Made by a program: the position numbers and the translations under genes. A DNA stretch of 64,000 nt from Ginglymostoma cirratum (taxonomy: Eukaryota). The DNA is taken from positions 3,752,185 to 3,816,184 of the forward strand of contig JAHRHZ010000047.1 in the NCBI GenBank assembly GCA_024137785.1, written 5' to 3'. The notes under the pieces are model-generated. The model searched no databases and was not told where the DNA came from. It was given only the letters and a program-made list of their open reading frames with translations. Shown piece after piece: positions 24,851 to 37,990 of this stretch; the stretch's first letter is position 1; the number at the start of each line of letters is the position of its first letter.

Positions 24851-27496
24851 TGTACAAAAAACAGAGACATTAAGGACTAACGCAGAAATGTTGAAATATT
24901 TCCTAACCTGTTTGTAATAATTCGGTTAGCTGTATTTTCAGCAGTGTTATGACATTTGAATTTTTAGGAGGAAATAGTCAATTACAACAATTTCAACAGC
25001 ATTAAGAATCTGTAAAATGTTGCACTTCATAACTGGAATTTTTGATGATATATTGAGGAAACATCTGAGAAAACTTAGTACGTGGAAAAGAGCTAATTAA
25101 GTCAAGCTGCATAACAAATACGTGCTTCAAATAAAATCTGTCACTTGTTTATATTTTCCTTACATGACCGATTCTCAGCGTGCTTTCTGCTTATATTTTG
25201 TGTGTATTAATATACATTTTAAAATCATACTTTTAATTCTTTTGCCGATTTTTGTGGATAATATTTTGAGACTACAATGTGGTGCATATTTTGATGTTAT
25301 ATGTCATAAGCCTGCTTGGCTGTTGCACGTGCATTTGAGTCTAGAATCCACAAAATGATCTTAATGGTATTGTGATTTGCAACGATGGTTTGCCCAAATA
25401 ATTGCTATTGGTCTTGCTGATCTTACAATACATTAACAAACATAAACTACAAAAATAAACAGGAATCTATTATGGACATTTTACTGTTAGTTTTATACAC
25501 AGTAATCTGAAATCTGCTAAACTAGAGATTTTTTTAGTCCATATCTTAAATATCGATCAGAATCGCATAGAATACAGCTCTGATATTTAGAAGCCAAAAA
25601 TTCTTTTGAGGACTATTTTCTGTAACTAGAAATGAGGAGTGAAAGACTTGCAATTTTTAATTTTAACAGTGAAGAATAGAAACACCGGTTATTTTTCCTT
25701 TCTTTCTTGGTGAATTGATTCAGTAATGTTTACTAACTGTTCATCCTTTGATTTACTTTATGATAATCTTGCCAGCAGAAATGTGTCTAATCAAGTTTTG
25801 TCTGTAATAATAATAATTGTACATCTCCCTACATCCAAAAACAGTAAAGCAACAATGGTGTTCTTCCAGCTCTAAATATTGGGAATTTAAAAATAATTAA
25901 ACAGAACAGAAAATTTATAGTATTTGCACGTTTCAAAAGTTGATTTATAAACTCATGATATTTCAGCCAAAGTGTGTTCTTAGTTGCCCTTGAACTGAAC
26001 AGTTCACCATTTTCAGAGTCCAGATAATAGTTAGCCGTACTGCTCTCCATCTGGAGTCATGTGCAGGCCTGACTGAGTAAGGATCACAGATTTACTTCCC
26101 TAAAGGATATTAGTGAAACAGATAGGCTTTTAAAAGCAGAAATTAAGAAAAAGATTAAACTACAATTCATGTCCAAAATTACGTAAACAGTGCTTAAACT
26201 GTCAGCTTCATGGTTCAGGCTTTTTGTTTTGCTGTTTGCAGTAATTCATCCGCACACAATTTTGAAGTGTTGATTTCATTATGAGAGGAAATGGACTGTA
26301 CAGTTGGGCATTGCATTGGGATTTTTAAACCATTTGCTGCTCATCTATTTAAGGTGCTAACAGGCAAATAATGCTCAGTTTATTAAAGCGTTACAGTGAT
26401 GCAATAAACATGAAATTGTTGGTGAGACAGATTCTTGGTTTTCTGTAAATACTTGGCTCCAAGATAGTCCTGTTCTACCAAACTGTCACTCAACTTGTTA
26501 ATAGAACGATTGCAGCAAAATCTTTATTAAACAGATACTTCATGGAGAAATTAGCTGCATCAGTGACTTTGTTCACCTACAGAGCCTGAGTTTACTACAA
26601 CTGTTGTTTCAGTTGGCCCCAGTGGAAACCTACCTCGTTTGAGTGCACATTGACAAGGTCTTTATAAATAATAACATATTTTCACCAAATTTACTTTCTT
26701 TTTTGATCAGTCAAATGGATGTAACGCACCAGAGCAAAATGTAGCAGTGGTTTATGCTAATATCCCAGTTTCTCTGTATTAATGCATCTAGTATCTAACA
26801 TTATGACCGTTTTAACAGCAACAAGAGACAGTCTCATGTTGTTTGGCTCATTACCAGAATGTATGTCAATTCCAACTCAAAATTAAACACTCCATTTTTC
26901 CTGAACTATTTTAAACAGCCATAGAAACATCCTGATTTTACTAAGAATTGAATTTCATATATATTAACATTAAAATATTTTGTAAAGCCTTACAAAATTT
27001 TAATCCAGGCAGAAAATAATTACATTTAAAAAATGAAGCAGATGTATGATGCAAAATAGTATAGAAACATATAATTCTGTTTGTTAGGATCAGATTTCTT
27101 TATGGACCTATATAAGAATGCATGGAGGGCTACAAATAAATTGAGCAGTTCTTATGGTATCATAATTTCTAAATGCAGCTTAAACATATTATGACTACCC
27201 TTGGAGCTTCCAAAATTGGAATACACCTTTCAGGCTTCCAGACTGCATCAGTTTATTTCATAAGATATTAAATAGAAACATAAGAAAATGGAACTAATTT
27301 TATGGTGGATTATTTGTATTAAGAGACTTTTATTCAATGGTGGGATTTTGTGGATATTTACATGATTAATGCATTAACTTGGTCGCATATATTGTGTGGT
27401 TGTTTACTGAGCTATATTGTTTATAAAATAAGACCAAAACTATGTAAATTGATCCAAATTGCCTGATAAGGCTAACATGTCTTTGAATGTTCACAG

Positions 27497-27655
27497 GAGT
27501 CCATCCTGAATTTCCGCTTGGAACCTTTAGGATCTGTTGCTGGTTTTACCGCTGAGGTGGGAGCGAGTGGAACATTCTGTCCCAGTCACATGACTCTTCC
27601 AGTTGAAGTGTCATTCTACAGTGTCTCTGATGATAATGCACCATCACCCTACATG
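27497..27655 (+). CDS. FAM214A: FAM214A exon (ESILNFRLEPLG...FTAEVGASGTFCPSH...DDNAPSPYM)
   Basis: cacAG and GTATGT; near-identical to the conserved FAM214 domain. Confidence 0.97.
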
Positions 27656-27897
27656 GTATGTGTTATTACACATTCCTGTAGTTAAAGACTTGTGATCAAG
27701 GTCATGGTGTAGCAGTATTTGGTTAGGACCCATATCTCTCAGACTGGTAAATCACTCATTTATTTATTTGTTAATTTTTGCTCTTTATGGGTATGTTGAT
27801 ATTGATTCTTATCAGTAAAAAGTTATTTGATTATTTTTGCTAATTTAATGTTCCTTTTGAAGCAACCTGTTTTGAATTGATGATTATTTATTTGTAG

Positions 27898-27966
27898 GGT
27901 GTAATTAATTTGGAAACCTTGGGAAAACGAGGCTATCGAGTACCTTCATCAGGAACAATACAAGTG
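27898..27966 (+). CDS. FAM214A: FAM214A exon (GVINLETLGKRGYRVPSSGTIQV)
   Basis: tgtAG and GTAAGT; conserved GYRVP.SGTIQV. Confidence 0.97.
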
Positions 27967-29159
27967 GTAAGTTAGGTTGGGATTCTATCTATATTGCTAA
28001 TTGCTGTTCAGATGTATGGAATATTTCACATACATAGTATGATAGTACAAGGAACCAACTTAAGCTGCAATATCCCTTGGTGGTTTCCTAGGCTTACTGG
28101 GAATAGAAATTAGATCTGTAATGGTTGCCGGGTTATTCATTAGTTTCAACATGTTAACGAAAAGCTTTCATTGAAATATTAATGAAAATGCACTAGGAAA
28201 TGTTTTCAATTAAGCTGTTATTTTTGTTTGGTACTTCAAAATCAGTTTTATCACCCCCCCCCCCCCCCCCACTTTTCGCTTTTAAGTGCCTGTAAGGAAT
28301 GACCTACTGCTGTGTATAGCTTTGCAAGCCTGATAGAGAAGGAAGTAGTTAATTTAGTTAGTCCCTAATCACTGTCTCAGAGAATCCCAATATACCCTAT
28401 TACTTTTGAAATGCACTTGTTGAAGTACTGATAACAAGGACATCAGTTTTGATACAAGCTAATCTATAAATGAAAGAAGTTGAAGTTGCTTGGCAAAATA
28501 ACACTAACCAGGACAATGGAGAATGCTATGTTTGTCTTCACATTGCTTTGTGGATCATCGAAAGCACCTGAATGCTGATGTGGCTTTGATTTGAAGTCCC
28601 CTCTAATGATTGGTACATGCAACAATACAGCATTTCGTTGGCACTGGCCTCCTGTGAAAGAACCAAACCAAATTGACATATACTCTACTAAATGAGGCAT
28701 CCCACACAGAACTGCATTCTAGTGATTTAATTTTCTGCATTAGCTACAGGTTAGCTGTAAGAGTGAAATATGGGAGGCTGACTCCTGAAAGTAGTGTGGA
28801 AACACAGGGCCTCATACAGGATATAACATTTGTTTTAAGAGTAATGTTTTCTCAGATTATTGCAAGCTGATGTATTTTACTATTATCTCTCGATGTGACC
28901 TTAAGGAAACTAAGATTACTCGTGCTCATATATTGTGGATCTATTTTTGTTTTGTGAAATGCAAAAGGTTTATAATTGGATGTGTAAAAGCTCCTATATT
29001 TTTGGACTCTTTGCCTTTTAGAATAAGTTGCTGTGTGACATTAGAGGAAGGTGATAATTCAATATTCTGGAGGTTTAGCACAAGGTACTCAACGGTGGGA
29101 TGCAAATGTGATTTTCTACCACTTTCCTGAGACTTGCCAGTCTTCACACTGAGGACCAC

Positions 29160-29445
29160 ACCGAGTGGTTAGCACTGCTGCCTCACAGCCCAGGGAACCT
29201 GGGTTCAATACCAGCCTCGGGCAACTGTCTAAAATTTGCACATTCTCGCCATGTCTGTGTGGGTTTCTGCTGGCACTCCAGTTTCCTCCCACAGTTCGCA
29301 GATGTGCAGGTTAGGTGGATTGGCCATGGGAAAATGCAGGGTTACAGGGATAGGGTAGGGGGATGAGTCCAGATGGGATGCTCTTTAGAGAGTCGGTGTG
29401 GACTTGTTGGGCCAAATGGCCTGTTTCAACACTATTGGGATTCAA
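29160..29445 (+). mobile_element. HE1-type V-SINE
   Basis: GTGGTTAGCACTGCTGCCTCACAG head; GGGCCAAATGGCCTGTTTC tail. Confidence 0.88.
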
Positions 29446-29903
29446 TGGACGATGCAGTAAGTGTAGTCAAGCCTGCTCCATCACACCTCTGAGAATCCTT
29501 AAAAAATTCAGGACAGTCATCACTATGCCATTAATTCATATCTTGTGTTTCTGAGCTTAACCTGCTATTTCCAAAGGGGAAGATGTTTCTTGCATGTATG
29601 CTTAACCTCAGTTGCTCCATGTTCTGAGGCAAACAGTAATCGTGCTTGTAGAAAGAACTCCTCATAAATTTAATTGTACTGCCATCGATGACCAATATTA
29701 TATGAAATAGGTTATATGTGTAGTGTGAACAGGTATTGAAATCACTTTGCCTTGATTTCATAAACATGTCACCACATTTTATGCATGTTATTTCTGCTTT
29801 TGATTAAATTCATTAATGCCATGCAATCTTTTGTTATTTTTTGAGTAATGTAATACAAACCTCTAATCTATTTCTAAAGCTGATGGAGTAAATTGTTTTT
29901 CAG

Positions 29904-30103
29904 ACCTTATTTAACCCGAACAAGACAGTGGTAAAGATGTTTGTGGTGATTTATGATTTGAGAGAGATGCCAGCCAATCACCAGACATTCCTACGACAGA
30001 GGACATTTTCAGTTCCAGTGAAACGGGAAACTCTTGGACATGCCAATAAAGAAAATGTAATTCAGACTGAGGAAAGGATACTTCGCTACCTCGTCCACTT
30101 GAG
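29904..30103 (+). CDS. FAM214A: FAM214A exon (TLFNPNKTVVKMFVVIYDLREMPANHQTFLRQR...LRYLVHL)
   Basis: tttcAG and GTAACC; conserved C-terminal domain; 200 nt, phase 0/2. Confidence 0.97.
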
Positions 30104-30212
30104 GTAACCATAAAAATAGAATGCTTCAAAGTTATATTGCAGTTGATCTTGGAGTGATAACTATGGTATTTGTAATGGGCTTTGCTTGGATAGCTGTGAA
30201 TTATTTATAGTT

Positions 30213-30430
30213 CTGAAACAGAAACATAAATTGCTGGAGAAACTCAGCAGGTCTGGCAGCATCTGTGGGAAGAAAGCAGAGTTAACCTTTCAAGTCTGGT
30301 GACTCTTCATCAGAACAGGACTTAAAACGTAAAATTTGCTTTCTTCCTACAGATGCTGCCCAACCTGCTGAGTTTTTCCAGTAATTTCTGTCTCGGTTTC
30401 AGATCTCCAGCATCCGCAGTTCTTTGTTTT
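30213..30430. mobile_element. Penelope-derived fold-back element, family B
   Basis: Inverted arms; minus-arm CTGATGAAGAGTCACCAGACTTGAAAGGTT at 30284-30313. Confidence 0.78.
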
Positions 30431-31329
30431 ATGTTGTTCATAGTTTACTTGGTTTCTGTGCAAAATAACAACCTTCAATTATGTTAGTATCCAAAGGATT
30501 TGAAACCTTCAGATTTTAAAATCTGTTTATTTTTCATGAAATAAAGTAATAAAATCCTTGAGTTTTTTAATAATTATTATAGAACTGACTGACAGACACC
30601 ATTGGAAACGAACATGAAACCCGGCTTGTGTTTTTGTTATTTTAACCAGGACATGATTAAAACTAGAAAGCACACACAACTCGTTATTCCTTAGCCTAGG
30701 ACAAAACTGGAACAGTAATTTTTAAGTGAACTTCATGGTTGTGCAATGACCCCCAAATCAATGCTTTCAACACTGATTAAAGTCAAATTAATGCCTAGAT
30801 GGAGGTGGGAACTAGCATGTTGTTGTTCAAGACTTCTGTTTAGTGAAGTCTTTCTCTTCTGTATAGTAGCATGCATCTGTATTGCATATATGTTTTTCTA
30901 GCTGCTGTTGTTAAGTTACCATGAGTGTATACAAGTGCCATGTAGGGGGAGGAAAGATGACTGCATGATTTTTTTTTGTCTAATTAACCCAGTATCTGAA
31001 TCACGCACTCAAAAGTCTGCTTAATCACAGTTATAGTACAAGTTCCTCCTACACAGACCTAATAACATACCAAAGGCCTAGTCTGAAATAAAGCCAATGA
31101 TACTACATCCACATAATATTTCCATTGCAGATCTAAGAGAATATTGTCCTTTGGATTCATAAAATCTGAACTGATAAGTTGCAGCTGAAATCTTGGAACT
31201 AGAGTAAGACTTGTCTCGCTAAGGGCGGATGTCCAATTGGTACTTGAGTTTCAATTCAATCCTTGATCTAGGAAAGCAACTTTGCTGTGTTGTGACTGAG
31301 TGATTTATCGACTTCTTTAAATAAATGTG

Positions 31330-31900
31330 ATGTGGAGGTGCTGGTGTTGGACTGGGGTGGACGAAGCCAGAAGTCACACGACACCAGGTTATAGTCCAAC
31401 AGGTTTCTTTGAAATCACAAGCTTTTGGACTGTAGCCCCTTTGTCAGATGAAGTGAGAGAGAAGGACACTGGCACAGAATTTATAGGCAGAGAGATCGAA
31501 AGATCACATAAATGGTGTGAGTGGAGTGTTGAATAATAAGTCTCTACAGGTGATCAAAAGCGTCAGATGGTGTGAGTAAAATGTCAACAGCTGAATAACC
31601 CTATAATCTGATTAAATAAGGCAGAGAGATAATATGAAAAATTAAAAATAAAGTGGTGCTGGAGACAAACTCAAATGACTGAAATAACATGATAGGTATA
31701 TGAGTCACATGTTGAGGGTCTGACCAGAGTATTACGTAATCTAAAACTGTACAGCACCAGCACGATCCTTGGTCTCTCTGCCTATAAATTCAGTGACTGT
31801 GTGCTTCGCTCACTTCACCTGATGAAAGGGCTATGCTCCGAAAGGTTCTGATTCCAATAAACCTGTTTGGACTATAACCTGGCGTCATGTGACGTCTAAC
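31330..31900. mobile_element. Penelope-derived element with inverted termini, family C
   Basis: CCAGGTTATAGTCCAACAGGTTT / AAACCTGTTTGGACTATAACCTGG arms; TSD TTAA(A/G)TAAA(T/C)GTG at 31317 and 31901; CTGATGA..CCGAAA at 31819. Confidence 0.75.
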
Positions 31901-32764
31901 TTAAGTAAACGTGGTCTTTATTCTGTTTTGTACCTGTGAGCCAGATTTACCCAGTTGTAAGATTTCAAATAGATTTGTCATCAGTATTATTCTTCCTCTA
32001 GAATGAATGAATTAATTATTCAGTTGATTTGAGTACTGATGCAGAATTTTACTGAGCGGTATGAAAAGAATTTATTGGTGAGCAGGATTTTTTTGTATTG
32101 CCTATTGCTGTTGTAATAACCAGATTACTGATTTATGTGCTGCAAACTTTCATTTCTAACAGACAATTTTCACAGCAATTTGTGTTCACTGACAAAACAA
32201 TACGGGTAGATTGGACAAGAAGTTACTTAATTTTCCCCATTTCTTCACCAGATTGTATCTGACAAACTTGTTTCCTAAAATGGAGATTCTTTTCAATGAC
32301 ATTTTTTTTGTTCTCAATGCAAAATGTGCAAAATTTGGCTTTTTTTCCATTTAAATCTAAAAATATTATGGAAAGGTAGCTAATAATACCTTCAGCACCA
32401 GTACGTTTCTTTGATTTTAATGCTTGGTTTTCCAAGATAAATGTGAACTTTGGTGTCAAGAAAATATGCTTAAGTTGTAGCTATAGAATTAAATTCATCA
32501 ATTGCTCACTTTTGTAGCATTAGAAGGACTATCCCTGCATAAAACAGCAGCACTGGTGATTTTTATGGTAGCAATAAACTTAATTGTGTAAATAATAGCC
32601 CTAACTCCAATTTGCTGGTGTGTGAAAAAGGGGGTAGGAAAATATTGTGGAGTGAATTCTTCTGGCAGAATGCTATATGTATATTTCAGATCTGACTAGA
32701 GCAATATTCTCTGATTTGTTTTCTACCTACAACAACCCTCTGGTATCAAATACACAAACATTCA

Positions 32765-33105
32765 GTCCCTCTATCATCTTTGCTCAGTAGCAGTAATGTG
32801 TACTATCTACAAGATGCACTGCAGAAATTCACTGAGGTTCCTTAGACAGCACCTTCCAAATGCATGACCGCTACCATGTAGTAGGAGAAGTACAGAAGTT
32901 ACATGGGAGCACCACCATTAGCATGTTCCTCTACATATCTTCAGTTTCACTGGGTAAAAGTCCTTGAACTGGTGTGGATCCACCCACACCAGTTGGACTT
33001 CAACAGTTCAAGAAAGCAGCTCGTCACCACCTTCTAAAATGACAAGTAAGGATGGGAAATAAATGCCGGCCCAGCCAGTAACACAAACTTCCCATGAGTT
33101 AATTT
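32765..33105 (+). mobile_element. 3' fragment of the same LINE family as 668-1830
   Basis: CTIYKMHCRNS..LRQHLPN peptide and AAATGCCGGCCCAGCCAG..CCCATGA tail. Confidence 0.8.
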
Positions 33106-33814
33106 TTTAAAATTACCACATAGTAAATCATGGAGCTCAGCCATCCAGAACTACTAAGAAATGGGCTAAAGGCACAAACACTTCTGGAGTCAAAAAAGAA
33201 ACAATTCAAAACAATATACAAAATATATAGAATGGAGGAAAATTACTTGTGTTATATCTTACAATTTTTTTCTTCCCCCATCCAGTCCTTCCATTTGAGC
33301 AGTTTTAGTGTTCAAAGATTGAGTTCTAGTTGAGGAAGACTTACATAATTCTCAAAATGAAGTACAAGATCTTGAAGGGAACTTACTCCTATCACTAATG
33401 AAGTAATTATACTGCACTTCTATTTGAGTTTGTTTCCAGGTTTTATTTTTATTTTAAAAAAATGATAATTTTGCATTGAACCATCACATACAATTCCACA
33501 TTTGAAACTGATAATTACTGCTGTGGGCCAACATCACATAAAGAGTGCAAGGATAGTGGAAAGAAAATTTTGTCCTTGTGTTGTTGGTTAATCATGGGGT
33601 TTCTTTTATAATTGGAAGACTTAGATTTATACAGAGCTGTGATTAGGACCTTTAGCAGCTTTATGATATCCCAAAGCACTCCACAGCCAGCCAAGTGTTT
33701 TTTTTGAAGTGTAGTTACAGTTGAATCGTAATGGTCAAGTTCATAAAAGCATTTGAAAAATGAAGTTCTAGGTTTTAGAACAGGTTTTTGAAAATAAAAG
33801 CCAAGAGGGGATGG

Positions 33815-33843
33815 CTCCTCCTCCTCCTCCTCCTCCTCCTCCT
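33815..33843 (+). repeat. (CCT)n microsatellite
   Basis: About 9-10 CTC/CCT units. Confidence 0.95.
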
Positions 33844-34263
33844 TTATCAGTCCACCAAGATCCATCGACACCAAATGAACTTTCGAAATTGAAATTAGTG
33901 CTCTCCCACATTTTTTGCTTCAAAGTTTGCTAGGCCAGAGATTTTAGGCGATCACTGCAACATTTGAATTCATTATTTATTAAAACATTTGACTTATTTA
34001 TGGGCGTTTAGACCTTTCCCACCCAATCTCTGCTCTTGTGAACAATTCCACAAATTGTTATAATGGGTAAATTTGTCAATATCAATATTTTCTTGAAGGT
34101 AGGCAGATAATCTGCCTTCTGGGCAACTAGGAATGGACAATAAACGCTGACCTAGCCAGCAACACCCTCATCCCGCGAATGAATTTTATAAAAATGGAAC
34201 CTTTTTCTATATATTACAAATAGATATTCAATGAATGAATAATGTAAATATTTTGTGTTCCAG

Positions 34264-34417
34264 GTTCCAGAGTTCTAAATCTGGAAAGATCTACCTCCAT
34301 AGAGATGTCAGACTCCTTTTTTCTCGAAAGTCAATGGAAGTTGACAGTGGTGCTGCGTATGAATTAAAATCTTATACAGAGATTCCAACAAATCCTCATT
34401 TTTCAGCACGATGTTAG
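34264..34417 (+). CDS. FAM214A: FAM214A last coding exon (FQSSKSGKIYLHRDVRLLFSRK...PHFSARC*)
   Basis: ttccAG acceptor; matches the FAM214A C-terminus; TAG stop; AATAAA at 34493 and 34596 downstream. Confidence 0.97.
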
Positions 34418-37016
34418 AAGCATTTGTATTCTTTAGGACATTTTTCCTGTTTTGTTTTCTGGAGAATGGCACATGTTCAGCTAATTAATGGAAATAAAAT
34501 AATGCACAATACATGATTGTGAGAATTTATTGGTACTAGTCTTTTAGAGCCCCAGCACCTATTAGACAGTGGACCAGTCTTGTGTAAGTGTTTTGAATAA
34601 ACTCCCTTGTACTTAAATGGAACAGTAGACTGGAATGAAAACCATGATATCCTGATATTATCTGTACTGTTACAATGGAAGTCACAAACCACTTTATTGG
34701 ATGTGTTGCAATAGTAAAAACCAGAAATAGTTTAGTGTTTAAATGTTTTATTTTATTTGTCTTTTTATTTAATATTTAAATTAATGTTTCACTTATTGCA
34801 CAGGTAATTTTTGTCCTGTTTAGTGTTATTATGTAGCATAACGTTATGTAAAATCATACTCTGTATTTCTTTTGACATGAATAATACACAAATGTACAAA
34901 ACAAATGTAAAGTTCTTTGTCTGTCTGTCTATCTGTGACTGTGTGCAAAGAAGTATTAGATTCTCATTGTTAAGATTTCAGTCTTTGCATATTGTTCCCC
35001 GAGAAACTAGTCTTTCCTAAACTAGTCCAACAATGTAGTGGAGCAATTTACACAATTCTTATTATGTTCACTCCGCCCACAATCACCCCCTCCCCCTCCA
35101 AACCAAAGGTTCGAACTCATGCTGTCAGTTTCTTGTCCGAGTGGTCAGTCTTCTGATGTGATGTTAAACAATTAATTCGCAGGTTATTTAATTTTGAAAG
35201 GCAACACCACATTTTTCTCACTAATTATTCATACATAGCATCATCTAATAAGTCTGACTCAATGAAAATCATTAATAGCTAAGTTCCCCTCCATAGCACA
35301 AAGACAGTGAAGAAAATTCTAGCGACCAAGTTTAAATAATTCTTTTTTTCTGTGGGTTGATCCTACCATCCTTAATAGTCACTATGAATTTTCATTACAA
35401 TTTTAATATTCTCCTGAATGAAATATAACAACTTGTACAACTACAATATTTTCAACATGGTAAATAACCCAATATTTACAGAATCAGAAAAGCTGAAGAA
35501 CAATTAGGGAAAATAACTCCAAGTAATAATCCAAATCTAAGTTCTGAGGAAACTTTTTTGACAATGGCAAAGGACTAACAAGCTAGAGGAGTTTAAGAAA
35601 AGCATTTGAAAAGAAATGCAGATGGCGAGATGGTGTGGGATGGCAAAATTTTTGGACAGTTTCCCATTTCTGTAGAATAGAGTGAGGGGGAGGTCTATTA
35701 ATAAAGAGTTAAAATTCAGCCTAAAAGTGACAATGATGTAAACAAAAATCTGTGGAGGTGGTGAGGTTTTTCTTTGACGGTGTGTAATGGTGGAGGCTTG
35801 ACAAGCTTACTGTGGAGTTGGTGGGGACTTTTGCATCACTCTGGCTTTGCTGTTTGGATGACGTTCTGATCAAATGTGATGATACAGCGATAGAGCTGAG
35901 TATCATTAACACATCTCTGGAAGATGGAGCAATTCTTATCATGCAATTGAAGGTATCACATAGCCTGAGCAGGAAGCTTTCAGAATGGAACTCCATGACA
36001 CTTTCAAGATGACTGAGTGAATGAGGGCAATGCTAATATAGTTAGAAATTAAACAAACTAAGGATAACGCTAGAAAGATGGATCCCAGAAGAATGTTGGT
36101 GGAAGGGATCAAGTGATTAATTGTGTTGAAATAAGCATAGAATGTAGAATGATAAGGAAGGATAACCTGTTGTTATTGAATTCTCAAATATATCTTGATG
36201 TTGCAAATAGGGTTGAAATGATTGCATTTAGGTAAATTTAGAGAGATGTGTACATATCTGGATGTTCAGAGATCTTGGGAAAAGGAGATTACAAATGAGT
36301 GGTAGTCAAAAAGGTTGAGGATGTGCATTTTTAGAGAGTAGTTTTGCAAAATAGGAGAACTCTGCCTGAAGTAAGGAACCGATTGATAGTGCAACACTGT
36401 GTTTAACTGAAGAAATAAGTTCCAAAAGTATAAGTTGGTTAGGGGTTAAGTAGAGTGTGAAGGAAATGAGTTGTAAAGGAAGTCAAGTTAAATGTGAGCT
36501 TGTAGTGGATTCGTCAAGTGTTGATGCATCATCAAATGTTGAGGTGAAGATGTCTTTGCATTCATCTATCCAACTTAAAGAATGGAGACACCTCTGTCTA
36601 ATTTATTGCTGTAGTGACAAAGCTAATGTAGCAAATCTTGCAAAAGAAGAATCAGCACTGTCACCATAATTCAAAGCCATGTGATAATGTTTTTCTTCAC
36701 TGTTTAAATACACAATACTGGATTTTGAGGGGGAAAAATTACAAAGGACACAATTACCATATCAATGTTGAGAAAACTGTCAATCCCAATTATAAGCAAT
36801 ATATGCAACTTGAATTATTTAAATATTGTTTGCATCATGGGTCATCAGTGAATCCTGAGATATAATGTAATCCTAATCCCATCTCATTTCCACCTCTGGA
36901 TTAATTTGCTACGGAAGATGATGCTCCAGAACACTGACAAGAAATTGAATTATGTAAATAAGTAGAAAAGATAGATTGGTGTTTGTGCTTTTTGAAAGGA
37001 GCAGTGTTTCTATAAT

Positions 37017-37148
37017 TAAACAAAGAATTGCAAATGCTGGAGATCTGAAACAAAAGCAGAAATTGCTGGAGAAACTCAGCAGGCCTGGCATCATCTATGG
37101 AAAGAAAATAGAGTTAAGGTTTCATAATGGGTGACCCTTCTTCAGAAA
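37017..37148. mobile_element. Single-arm family B Penelope-derived element
   Basis: Matches the arm of the 18356 and 30213 elements. Confidence 0.7.
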
Positions 37149-37299
37149 TGTTTATAACTGTCCATAGGGAAAGAAGTACTGTTGAGCTAATTGGCATTGT
37201 AGGAAATGTTGATCGTCGTTATTTGAGGTTGGCATCCACTCAGGGTTATGAGCTTTTGACATAGCCTGGTCAGTCACATAAAGACCTAATTGTTGACCT

Positions 37300-37990
37300 G
37301 CAGATCTTTGTGCTAAGAGAGCTGATGTCCCACAGCAGTGGGATCCAGGGCGTAGGAGTTTCTTCCTTTTCTTTCCTTCCCTGCCTCGTCTTTGAGACCT
37401 TTGAATCTAAAACATGATGCAGTTTGACTAACAGGTCGTTGTTATTTTGGACAGTTGGTAGCTACCTCCTCCCAGTCATTAATGCCAATACTGTTGCCTC
37501 TTAGCAAGAGCTTCAAAGTGTCTTTATAGTATTCTGATTGTCCTGACTTGGACTGCTGGCCATTTAAAAATTGAGAAAACAGGAGTCGGCTGGTGAGATG
37601 CTTTTCAGCCATCCAAAGATAGTGTCCACTCCACCATGTTTGATTTTTCAGGAGCTTTGTCCACCTTGAAACCAAATCTACAATCAGACATTAGTGTTTG
37701 TTTGGGCCTTCCATTGAATCCTGAGGCTGCAGTGGAGCCATAGTTGGTTGAATTTCTCTGAAGCTCTCATGCGTCACTGATACAGTTCATGACTCACTGA
37801 TTTGCAGGAATGTGATGAGAACTGTGTGTATGCCAGGACTTTGTTGATTTATTGAGGTCTTTGTCAAGCCTTGCAGCTGTAGTTTGTAGAAGACTGAGCT
37901 GGTGCAGTTGATCTCTTCATCAAATAGCTTTTTGAGAGTGATATGGGTAGTGCAGATCATTATTGAAGGGGTTCTCCTTCAGCATGTATA
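37300..37990 (-). mobile_element. RTE-clade LINE relic
   Basis: W.GH...M......RLLFSQ...G.....GQ...YKDTLK......I....WEEVA C-terminal RTE signature. Confidence 0.7.

Larger units (their letters stand above)
400..29066 (-). pseudogene. Putative nested antisense multi-exon thioredoxin-fold (PDI/TXNDC-like) gene relic within FAM214A introns
   Basis: Minus-strand segments with splice signals (28651-28509, 17637-17492, 17317-~16820, 14885-14578, 29066-~28800) translate to Trx-like motifs (IELSPS, RPVLITFF..CKQFA..FKFIDC..KLC, CQRN.V.HVPIIR..HSGA) with stops and frameshifts; by-eye inference only. Confidence 0.45.

Noticed and set aside
33515-33874. Poly-Glu ORF
   Set aside because: Produced by the (CCT)n microsatellite and a SINE tail
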